From contig JBMFIG010000021.1 in assembly GCA_049976425.1 (NCBI GenBank), forward strand, positions 1 to 23,613: 23,613 nt of DNA, read 5' to 3'. This DNA comes from Thermoproteus sp. GTDB lineage: Archaea; Thermoproteota; Thermoprotei; Thermoproteales; Thermoproteaceae. The translations under genes were made by a program, and so were the position numbers. Position 1 is the stretch's first letter. Each line of letters begins with the position of its first letter. The notes under the pieces were generated by a model that saw only the letters and a list, made by a program, of their open reading frames with translations, had not been told where the DNA came from and did no database searches. Shown here in pieces: positions 15,954-23,613 of this stretch.

Positions 15954-18623
15954 ATGAAGGCGTGGTCCCTCCTCCTGCTGGCGATCTCGGCCCTGGCCTG
16001 GGCCCAATACTCGGTGACCTTTTACGTATCGCCCAGCGGCTACGTCACGGTCTACATAGCCGGGATACCGCAAGGCCACAAGGTGCTCCTCCACTGGGGC
16101 GTAGAGCCGTATCCCCAAGGCCCCTGGACCGTCGTCAACGACACGCCGATGGTGTGGAACGGCGCGAACTACACCGCGACTATCGGGCCCTTCAAGAACG
16201 GGACCTGGGTCGCCTTCGTCTTCTACGACGCCACCAGCGGCGTCTGGATAAACTACGAGGGGACGCCCTTCTGGAACTGGAACGTCGAGGTGAACCCGCC
16301 GAACTTGGGGGCGACCTCGGTGCAGGTGTTGCCCAACTGTAGCCTCCTCATAACAGCCGTCGGGCGGGCCCCCGACGTCATGGCGATACACTACGGCTTG
16401 ACCTCGGGGCCCCAGACGGGGCTTCCTTGGGCCAACGTGGCCGACGCAGTCATGGAGTACAACCCGTTGTGGGGCAACTACACCGTCGTGGTGGGGCCCT
16501 TCCAGCCCGGCCAGTGGATCCAGTGGGTCTACCACGACCTCTCCACGGGGCTCTGGATATCGAAAAACGGCTCCAACTTCGCGGCCCAGGTGGCGTGCGC
16601 CCCGCTGTCGTTGAGCACGACGTACCCCTACGATAGGTACGTCTACGTCGTGGGCGAGACCGCGCACATATCCATAGGCCTCCAGAACCCCTCCGGCCCC
16701 GTCAACGCCACGGTGACTTTGTCCATAGGGCCCCTCAAGGCGGCTGAGAGGGCGGCGCTCAAGCGCGGCCTCAACTACGTCAACTTCACCCTAACAGTGG
16801 ACATTCCGCAGGGGATATACACCCCGTCGTTGGCCGTCGCCGTCGGCAACGCCACGTTGCTCAACACAACGCTTCCGCAGTTCTACGTGCTGAACACAAC
16901 GGGGAAGCCGCCGGTCAGCCTCGTCATAGTGTGGAACATGCACCAGCCGCTCTACGTCGAGCCCAACGGGACTTGGGCCATGCCTTGGGTCCCGCTACAC
17001 ACGGGCGAGGACTTCAAGTGGGGAGGCAGATACGTCGGGTCCTACGAGCTACAGGCTCTGTTGCTCAGCCAATTCGACGTCAACGTCTCCATAGACTTCA
17101 CCCCGGTGCTCCTCTACCAGTGGGAGGCCCTCCTGGCCGAAGGACCCGGCGGGTTCAGGTACCTGGGCTACTACCCCGGCAACATAACCTACGACATAGA
17201 GGCGGTGAGGAGGACCTTGGATCTATACAAGGAGCTGGCGGCCGAGGGGCGTATCGAGGTGCTGACGGTGCCCTTCTACCACCCGCTGGAGGCCATAGAG
17301 TACGACAACGGGTGGGCCGACGACCTGCTGGCGCAGCTCTTGATGGGGAAGGAGATGACGTATAGGGTGTTCGGGGTCAACGCCTCCTGCGTCTGGACGC
17401 CCGAGATGGCGTTCAACATGGGCCTGGTCCACCTCTACCAAGAGGCCGGCTTGAACTGCACGGTGCTCGACGCCCAGGCCTTCCTGCCGTCGGCGACCTA
17501 CATCAACGGCTCCCAGAACCCCTACGTGCCCTACGTCGTCGAGGACAGCGAGGGGCACTACATATACGCGCTCTTCAGAGACGACGACCTCTCCAACCTC
17601 TTCTCGTTCTACCTATTCACCCTCAGCGACCCCAACCTCGTCAAGCAGTTGCTGATACAGTACCTCGCCAAGGTCTACATGAAACAGCCCGGCGCCGTCG
17701 TCGTGGTCGCCCTAGACGGCGAGAACCCGCTTATATTCAACTCCATGACCGGCCCGAGGGACCTCTACGCCATATACGAGGCCCTCTCTCAGTACTCGGG
17801 CAAGTGGCTGGTGACGCAGACCGTGTCGCAGGCCATAGCTACGCACACAAAATACGCCGTGACCAACCTCCCCGAGAGCTCGTGGGCCCTCAACCTCAAT
17901 AACTGGAACAACGGCTACCCCGGCAAGATAGCCATATGGCGCGCCGTGGCCCTAGCCAGGGAGTACCTCGTGGCCTTCACCAAAGCGCTCGGCGGCCGCC
18001 AATCCCCCGTCGTGGAGCTCGACCCAGCCCGCATCCCCAACTCCACCGGGCTCCTGCCGACCCTCTGGAACTACCTCTACGTGGCCGAGGGCAGCGACTG
18101 GACATGGCAGACGGGGCCGCCCAACTTCGGGCCCGGCTGGTTCAGCCTCCAGCCCATCATATACGCCGACGCCATACTGGAGGCCATAAACGAGTCTATA
18201 GCCAAGATCGTCCCCATCTCCATAGGGCCCTATCTGAACGGCTCCGCGCTCCTCGTCGAGAACGGCTTGGGCATGCCCATAAGGCTGGCGCTGGGCGCGG
18301 GCGGGAAATGCTATGAGGTCACCCTAAAGCCGGGCCTCAACGAGATCCGCCTGGCCGGCGTCAAGGCCGCCGAGCTCGACGTGTATCTGCCCGTCGACGT
18401 CTACGAGGTGCCGGGCTACGTGGTGCCGCCCTCCCCCTGCGGGCTCAAGATAGCCGCGTGGACCCCGCCGCCGGCCACGACGCTGTCCGCCCCTGCTACA
18501 ACCGCGACGCCTCCCGCCCCATCCGCGGCGGCCGGAGCCGCCTACGCGCCGTACCTAACCGCCCTCGTCTTCGCCGCCCTCGTCGCGGCCCTAGCGGCGG
18601 CGCTCGCCAGAAGGAGGCGTTAG
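15954..18623 (+). CDS. Secreted, C-terminally membrane-anchored GH57 glycoside hydrolase (amylopullulanase/amylase-like)
   Basis: Signal peptide; GH57 conserved regions WNMHQP, PFYHP, WTPE (nucleophile), ALDGEN (acid/base) and AEGSDW.W; Pro/Thr/Ala linker, transmembrane helix and RRRR tail. Confidence 0.88.
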   Translation: MKAWSLLLLAISALAWAQYSVTFYVSPSGYVTVYIAGIPQGHKVLLHWGVEPYPQGPWTVVNDTPMVWNGANYTATIGPFKNGTWVAFVFYDATSGVWINYEGTPFWNWNVEVNPPNLGATSVQVLPNCSLLITAVGRAPDVMAIHYGLTSGPQTGLPWANVADAVMEYNPLWGNYTVVVGPFQPGQWIQWVYHDLSTGLWISKNGSNFAAQVACAPLSLSTTYPYDRYVYVVGETAHISIGLQNPSGPVNATVTLSIGPLKAAERAALKRGLNYVNFTLTVDIPQGIYTPSLAVAVGNATLLNTTLPQFYVLNTTGKPPVSLVIVWNMHQPLYVEPNGTWAMPWVPLHTGEDFKWGGRYVGSYELQALLLSQFDVNVSIDFTPVLLYQWEALLAEGPGGFRYLGYYPGNITYDIEAVRRTLDLYKELAAEGRIEVLTVPFYHPLEAIEYDNGWADDLLAQLLMGKEMTYRVFGVNASCVWTPEMAFNMGLVHLYQEAGLNCTVLDAQAFLPSATYINGSQNPYVPYVVEDSEGHYIYALFRDDDLSNLFSFYLFTLSDPNLVKQLLIQYLAKVYMKQPGAVVVVALDGENPLIFNSMTGPRDLYAIYEALSQYSGKWLVTQTVSQAIATHTKYAVTNLPESSWALNLNNWNNGYPGKIAIWRAVALAREYLVAFTKALGGRQSPVVELDPARIPNSTGLLPTLWNYLYVAEGSDWTWQTGPPNFGPGWFSLQPIIYADAILEAINESIAKIVPISIGPYLNGSALLVENGLGMPIRLALGAGGKCYEVTLKPGLNEIRLAGVKAAELDVYLPVDVYEVPGYVVPPSPCGLKIAAWTPPPATTLSAPATTATPPAPSAAAGAAYAPYLTALVFAALVAALAAALARRRR

Positions 18624-19168
18624 GCCTTGGAGGCCAGCAGTTTTTTCGACACGATCTCGTAGGCCTCCCTAGCCGCCTCTATATTCGCCTTGGCGGCCCT
18701 AGCCGGCACGAACTCGGGGATGGTCTTGACTATGCCCTCTATGGTCACCGCCTTGCTCACCGCCGCGAAGGCGCTCGCCATTATCATGTTCACGAGAGGC
18801 CAGCCGGCCGCCACCAGGCCGTGCTTGAGCGCTATCGACGTCGCGTCTATGGCTATATACCAGGGGGCCTCCTCCTTGGAGTTCACTATGTAGACAGCGT
18901 TCGGCTTGCCGAAGGCCTTCACGTTGGTCTGAGCGATTATACGGCCGTCGAGGACCACGACGTAGTCGCCCGCCGTAACCGCCGAGTGTACCTCGATGGG
19001 CTTGTCGTCGATCCTCAAATACGCGCGGACTATGGCGCCTCTCCGCTCCGCCCCGAACTCGGGTATGGCCTGCCCGAACTTCCCCTCGATGGTCGCCACG
19101 CGGGCGAGGAGCTGGGCGGCCGTCACCGCGCCCATGCCGCCCCTCCCGAAGAAGACCACCTCGATCAC
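18620..19168 (-). CDS. porG: Pyruvate/2-oxoacid:ferredoxin oxidoreductase, gamma subunit
   Basis: Motifs GRGG.GAVTAA, PEFGAERRGA, IDAT.IA and N..M. GTG start at 19168. Confidence 0.88.
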   Translation of the reverse strand: MIEVVFFGRGGMGAVTAAQLLARVATIEGKFGQAIPEFGAERRGAIVRAYLRIDDKPIEVHSAVTAGDYVVVLDGRIIAQTNVKAFGKPNAVYIVNSKEEAPWYIAIDATSIALKHGLVAAGWPLVNMIMASAFAAVSKAVTIEGIVKTIPEFVPARAAKANIEAAREAYEIVSKKLLASKA

Positions 19169-19399
19169 GAGGGTACGAAAGCACAACTTAATAACCTTTA
19201 TAGCCCTATATAGCAACGGCGCGTCGTTCGGACATATTTTACTAAGTAAATGTATCTAACTATACATATTTAACCCCTATATCAGGAAAAAACATACAGC
19301 AACCCTCGGACGCCTATGTAATAGATCCAGAAGACCTACCGGGCCGCATCTCTATATTACTATATATAAAACATAAATACTCTACACGTTCTAACCTCC

Positions 19400-19663
19400 G
19401 TGGGGCTCGCGTTGGTTCCCCTATCAAGGCCCGCGCCGGGCTCCGGCGGGATAACCGGCACCTGGCGCACGTTGAGGCCCGTAGTCGACCTCAATAAGTG
19501 TATAGACTGCGGCATCTGCTGGCTCTACTGCCCCGAGTCCGTGATAGACTGGGAGAAGGGCCAGAAGATAAAGATAGACTACACCTACTGCAAGGGATGC
19601 GGCATATGCGCGCACGAGTGCCCGACCAAGGCGATAGAGATGGTGCCGGAGGCGGGGCTATGA
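19400..19663 (+). CDS. porD: Pyruvate/2-oxoacid:ferredoxin oxidoreductase, delta subunit (2x[4Fe-4S])
   Basis: Motifs TGTWRT.RPV, C..C..CW.YCP and YCKGCGICA.ECP. Confidence 0.92.
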   Translation: MGLALVPLSRPAPGSGGITGTWRTLRPVVDLNKCIDCGICWLYCPESVIDWEKGQKIKIDYTYCKGCGICAHECPTKAIEMVPEAGL

Positions 19664-20811
19664 AGGCGCTGGCCGTAACCAAGACCGCGCTCACGGGCAA
19701 CTACGCCGTCGCCCACGCGGTCAAGCTGGCCAGGCCCCAGGTAATAGCGGCGTACCCCATAACGCCGCAGACCACCATAGTCGAGAAGCTCTCCGAGTTC
19801 GTCGCCAAGGGCGAGCTCAAGGCCAGCTTCGTCAACGTCGAGTCCGAGTTCTCGGCGCTGGCGGTGGTCTACGGCGCCGCCATGGCGGGCGCCCGCTCCT
19901 TCACCGCCACGAGCAGCCACGGGCTCTTCTACATGTACGAGATGTTGTGGTGGGCGGCCGGAAGCCGCGCGCCGATAGTCATGGCAGTGGTCACCAGGAC
20001 CCTGGGGCCTCCCTGGAATATCCACGACGAGCACAACGACATACTGGCCATAAGGGACACCGGGTGGGCCATCGCCATGGCCTCCAACGTCCAGGAGGTG
20101 CTCGACCTGACGATACAGGCCTTCAAGCTGGCCGAAAGCGCCTACGTCCCCGTGGCCGTGGGGCTAGACGGCTTCGTGTTGAGCCACACCGTCGAGACCG
20201 TGGAGCTGCCGCCCCAGGAGATAGTCGACGAGTTCCTGCCGCCGAGGAACCCCGACCTGCCCATGAGGCTGAGGCCCGGCGAGCCGGTGACCATGGGCAA
20301 CCTCCCCGCAGACGACAGGCTACACGCCGAGCACCTCAAGAACATATACAAGGCACATCAAGAGGCCAAGAAGCTCGTCAAGGCCATAGACGCCGAGTAC
20401 GGCAAGCTCGTCGGCCGCGAATACGGAGGGGCCGTCGAGAGGCTCTGGCTCGAGGGAGCGAAGTACGCCGTGGTCTGCATGGGCGCCTGGTGCGGCGACG
20501 CAAAGGAGGCCGTCAGGAGCCTGCGCCGCGAGGGCATGCCCGTCGGGCTCATGAGGATACGCTTCGTCAGGCCGTTCCCCGACGAGGAGATCGCCGAGCT
20601 CTCCGCCATGGATAAGGTCGTCGTGTTCGACCGCGACATAACGCCCGCCGGAGGGGTCCTCGGCAGAGAGGTGGCGTCGGTGCTGGGCCGCGACAAGGTC
20701 GTCAACGTCCTGGCCGGCCTGGCGGGCGTCGACTTCAAGGCAGACGAGTTCAAGAAAGCCGTCAAACACGCCGTCGAGGGCGAGTACGGAGACCGCGTGG
20801 TGTTGCTATGA
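19660..20811 (+). CDS. porA: Pyruvate/2-oxoacid:ferredoxin oxidoreductase, alpha subunit
   Basis: Motifs GN.AVA, AYPITPQT, VESE.SA, TATSS.GL, DGF.LSH and RPFP. ATG 19660 overlaps the delta stop (ATGA). Confidence 0.92.
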   Translation: MKALAVTKTALTGNYAVAHAVKLARPQVIAAYPITPQTTIVEKLSEFVAKGELKASFVNVESEFSALAVVYGAAMAGARSFTATSSHGLFYMYEMLWWAAGSRAPIVMAVVTRTLGPPWNIHDEHNDILAIRDTGWAIAMASNVQEVLDLTIQAFKLAESAYVPVAVGLDGFVLSHTVETVELPPQEIVDEFLPPRNPDLPMRLRPGEPVTMGNLPADDRLHAEHLKNIYKAHQEAKKLVKAIDAEYGKLVGREYGGAVERLWLEGAKYAVVCMGAWCGDAKEAVRSLRREGMPVGLMRIRFVRPFPDEEIAELSAMDKVVVFDRDITPAGGVLGREVASVLGRDKVVNVLAGLAGVDFKADEFKKAVKHAVEGEYGDRVVLL

Positions 20812-21710
20812 CCGTAAGGATAGACCTACTGCCGAAGAAGAAGTACGTGTTGCCCGGCAACTCCGCCTGCGCCGGCTGCGGCATGATGATAGGTTGGAAG
20901 ATACTCGGCATGGCCCTCGGCGAGGAGGCCGTGTTGTCGATACCGGCCAGCTGCGCCTCGGTCGTGCAGGGGCTGGGCCCCAAGTCCGGCATAGGGATGC
21001 CGGTGCTCAACGTGCCCTTCGCCTCGGCCGCCTCCGTGGCCACGGGGATATCGGAGGCTTTCAAGCAACTGGGCGTCAAGGGGCAGGCGGTCGTGTGGGC
21101 CGGAGACGGGGGGACCGCCGACATAGGCTTCGCCGCGGTCAGCGCGGCCGCCGAGAGGAACAGCGACGTCCTCTACATAATGTACGACAACGAGGCCTAC
21201 ATGAACACAGGCATACAGAGGAGCAGCGAGACGCCGAAAGGCGCCTGGACCACCACGACCCCCACGGGCAAGAAGGAGGCCAAGAAAGACGTGGCGTTGA
21301 TACTGCTGGCCCACAACGTGCCGTACGTGGCCACGGCCAACATAGCCTACCCGCAAGACTTCTACCGCAAGATAAAGAGGGCGTCGGAGATAAGGGGCTT
21401 CAAGTTCATCCACCTCTTCGCCCCCTGTCCCCCCGGCTGGCTCTTCGACCCGTCGCTTACCGTCGAGGTGGCCAGGAAGGCCGTGGAGACCGGCGTCTTC
21501 ATACTCTGGGAGTACGACAACGGCGAGCTCAAGCTCAACCCGCCGAGCTCCGCGCTGGTGGACAAGAAGAGGAGAAAGCCGTTGGTCGAGTACCTCAAGC
21601 TACAGGGGAGGTACGCCCACTTGACTGAGGACCAGATAAGGCAGATGGAGGAGGAAATAGGCCGCAAGTGGCAGTTCCTCCTGCGCTTCGCCCAAGCCGC
21701 AAAGGCCTAA
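20808..21710 (+). CDS. porB: Pyruvate/2-oxoacid:ferredoxin oxidoreductase, beta subunit
   Basis: ACAGCG, the TPP-binding motif GDGGT.DIG...YDNEAYMNTG.Q, and PCP.GW. Confidence 0.92.
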   Translation: MTVRIDLLPKKKYVLPGNSACAGCGMMIGWKILGMALGEEAVLSIPASCASVVQGLGPKSGIGMPVLNVPFASAASVATGISEAFKQLGVKGQAVVWAGDGGTADIGFAAVSAAAERNSDVLYIMYDNEAYMNTGIQRSSETPKGAWTTTTPTGKKEAKKDVALILLAHNVPYVATANIAYPQDFYRKIKRASEIRGFKFIHLFAPCPPGWLFDPSLTVEVARKAVETGVFILWEYDNGELKLNPPSSALVDKKRRKPLVEYLKLQGRYAHLTEDQIRQMEEEIGRKWQFLLRFAQAAKA

Positions 21711-22213
21711 TCGATATAGAACTCTATAGACTCCCTACCCCCTACCTTAGTCCCGGCAGGCACCCGCACGGAGAGGAGAGAGCCGTGAATCCTCACGTCG
21801 CCCGCCATGGCCGCCCTCACGACTCTGCCGGGAAGAGACCAGAGGAACTCGTAGGGGTACTCCGCCACCTCCTCCTCGTACACGTCCTCGTAGACGTTGA
21901 GCCCCCTGCGGAGCTCCCCCCTGAACTTGATCAGGAAAGTGATGTAGGGCAGGTCGATCGCGATCAGCCCGATGTCCACGTGGACCACTCTGGCCTCGAC
22001 CCTCCTCCCGTTTATAGAGATGGCCTCCTCGTCCAGAAACGACTGCATGTTCCTCCTGACGGCCTCCAGCTCCCTCCTGAGCGCCTCCCGGGAAAGCCCC
22101 GCGTAGTACGCCTTCGGATCCCTGTAGTAGAAGACCATGTACTGAGACACGGAGCCCAGCGGGTCCATGTTGAAGAAAGCCCTCGCGAAGATAGGCCTCA
22201 CCTCCTCGGACAC
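21707..22213 (-). CDS. Hypothetical protein, 168 aa
   Basis: Host-like codon usage, fills the gap, 4-bp convergent overlap with porB, and an AT island about 25-30 nt upstream. Confidence 0.7.
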   Translation of the reverse strand: MSEEVRPIFARAFFNMDPLGSVSQYMVFYYRDPKAYYAGLSREALRRELEAVRRNMQSFLDEEAISINGRRVEARVVHVDIGLIAIDLPYITFLIKFRGELRRGLNVYEDVYEEEVAEYPYEFLWSLPGRVVRAAMAGDVRIHGSLLSVRVPAGTKVGGRESIEFYID

Positions 22214-22267
22214 ACTGGGAGGGGGGCCCAGGGCTATATGTTTTTATAGTGGTTGAGGCCGCGCGGC

Positions 22268-23119
22268 GTGGTCGGAGGGTCGGTGATAGCGGTGTTGTCG
22301 AACGACGAGGCGAAGGCGGTCGAGATAGCCGAAAGGCTCGGGAAGAGAGAGGGGAAGGAGGAGGGGGTCTTCTACAGGCGGCGGGAGGGGGCCGTGAGGA
22401 CCGTCCTCGTCCCCAGGCGGGGAGACCTCCTCAAGGCCGCCGAAAGCCTCACGCTGTCGACGTACTACTACCTCTATGTGGGTGAGATCAACGCCGAGGC
22501 CGCCGAGCTGGCCCTGCTGGCGAGCGCCTCCGGCGTCCCCGGAAGGGCGATGGCCCTCGACGCCGCCGCGTTCCGCAAATACTTCGGCGAGCTCGGGCTG
22601 GAGCCTGGCGAGTTCGAGGAGGTGGACAGACAGCCGGAAGACCTCGGGTACGTATACGTCGAGAAGGCGTTCAACGTACGCGGCGTCGGGCCCGTCGCCA
22701 TAGGGCTCGCGTACACGGGCGTCAAGGTACACGACAAGCTCGTCGCGCTCCCCAGCGGGGCGGAGGTCGACGTCAAGAGCATACAAGTGCTCGACGAAGA
22801 CCAGGAAGAGGTAGCGCCGGGGGCCAGAGTAGGCCTGGCGCTCAGAGGCATAGAGGCCGACCAGCTCAAGGAGGCGTACGCCCTAGTCAAGAAGGGGGTC
22901 CCCCTCCGAGACCGGCTTAAGGCCGTCAAGCTCAAGTGGGCCGCCGAGACCGACAGAGCGCACGCGTTCCTCGGCGGGATAAAGGCCCTGGCCGCCGTAA
23001 AGGGGCAGGAGGCGGCCCTCGACAGGAAGATCCCCGCCACGCTGCGGCGCGGCGTCCTCGTAAACGTCAACGCCAAGCCCAGAACGCCCAGAGTATACGG
23101 CTACCTGGAGGCGCCCTAG
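22268..23119 (+). CDS. SelB-like translation factor homolog (aSelBL type) with a degenerate G domain
   Basis: EF-Tu domain II motifs EKAFNVRGVG.V..G, V.VHD.L and VKSIQ..D.D...A.G.RVGLAL. No P-loop. TTTTTATA at 22241-22248 favours GTG 22268 over TTG 22253. Confidence 0.7.
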   Translation: MVGGSVIAVLSNDEAKAVEIAERLGKREGKEEGVFYRRREGAVRTVLVPRRGDLLKAAESLTLSTYYYLYVGEINAEAAELALLASASGVPGRAMALDAAAFRKYFGELGLEPGEFEEVDRQPEDLGYVYVEKAFNVRGVGPVAIGLAYTGVKVHDKLVALPSGAEVDVKSIQVLDEDQEEVAPGARVGLALRGIEADQLKEAYALVKKGVPLRDRLKAVKLKWAAETDRAHAFLGGIKALAAVKGQEAALDRKIPATLRRGVLVNVNAKPRTPRVYGYLEAP

Positions 23120-23181
23120 CGAGGCGGCGGCCGGCAGGGCGGGGCCGCGCAGGTCAGGGGCTTTAAAACAGCGCCACTATC

Positions 23182-23613
23182 GTGGATAGGTGCGTCGCGG
23201 AGGCGGCCGGCGGAAGGCTAGCGGTCAAGACGCCGCTGGGGACCTTCGACGTCGAGCCGACCCCGTCCGACCTGCTCTCCCTAGCCGAGAAGCTCGCCGC
23301 CGTGTGCGGAGACGGCTTGCCGAAGTCGGCAACGCGCCGCGGGGAGGGCGCCCTACGCGCCAGCCTGCGGAGGCGCCAGGGATAGAGAGGCGGGTGAGGG
23401 AGGAGGAGCGGATACGTCTTTCCTCGCCGAGGTCTCGACAAGGCTAAGCCGGTCTAAAGTGTGGTAGGGCATTGCGGGAGGCTTGCAACGACCACGGGTA
23501 GCCGCCTCCCCCGCCGATCGCGGAGGCTCAGTAGCCCGCGTCTCGCCGCCGTGCAACACCTCCGTAGCGGCTAAGCCGGCCTTCCTACAGCCATAGGCAA
23601 AGATACGCCGACC
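23182..23613 (+). pseudogene. Degraded coding remnant, tentatively paREP2-like
   Basis: TTTAAAA box followed by MDRCVAEAAGGRLAVKTPLGTFDVEP...; protein-like fragments continue across frames (FLAEVSTRLSRSKVW*GI, DRGGSV, AIGKDTP). The family call is from recollection only. Confidence 0.35.

Noticed and set aside
2603-21710. Repeated 4-13 bp overlaps between convergent stop codons
   Set aside because: This is normal compaction in these genomes and does not indicate a special system.
23120-23613. Possible RNase P (type T), SRP RNA or tRNA
   Set aside because: I could not find the conserved P4, SRP helix 8 or T-loop signatures on either strand.
1-23613. CRISPR array, transposase, integrase or canonical defence genes
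   Set aside because: No regularly spaced repeats or matching protein motifs were seen.

Overview
GC-rich, gene-dense archaeal window with a Thermoproteales-like signature (Thermoproteus/Pyrobaculum type; inferred from gene content, TATA boxes about 20-28 nt before start codons, and overlapping convergent stops). It encodes mostly central carbon and redox metabolism: the 5' end of acetyl-CoA synthetase, FBP aldolase/phosphatase, a Pat-like acetyltransferase, a split class I fumarase, a frameshifted tungsten AOR flanked by two MoaD/SAMP genes, a divergent KARI, a nucleotide-sugar dehydrogenase, a sugar ABC transporter with a GH57 hydrolase, a four-subunit 2-oxoacid:ferredoxin oxidoreductase and a SelB-like protein. 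The best candidate for an undescribed system is 7969-11116. There, queD shares a compact bidirectional promoter with a QNG1/DUF2419-like (queuosine-salvage) glycosylase carrying an EndoIII-type [4Fe-4S] motif, followed by a DUF711 gene and a BtuF-like protein without a signal peptide. Because archaea use archaeosine rather than queuosine, this could be an archaeosine/preQ0 salvage module. All family assignments come from motif recognition by eye, not from database searches. No rRNA, tRNA, CRISPR array or intact mobile element was seen.
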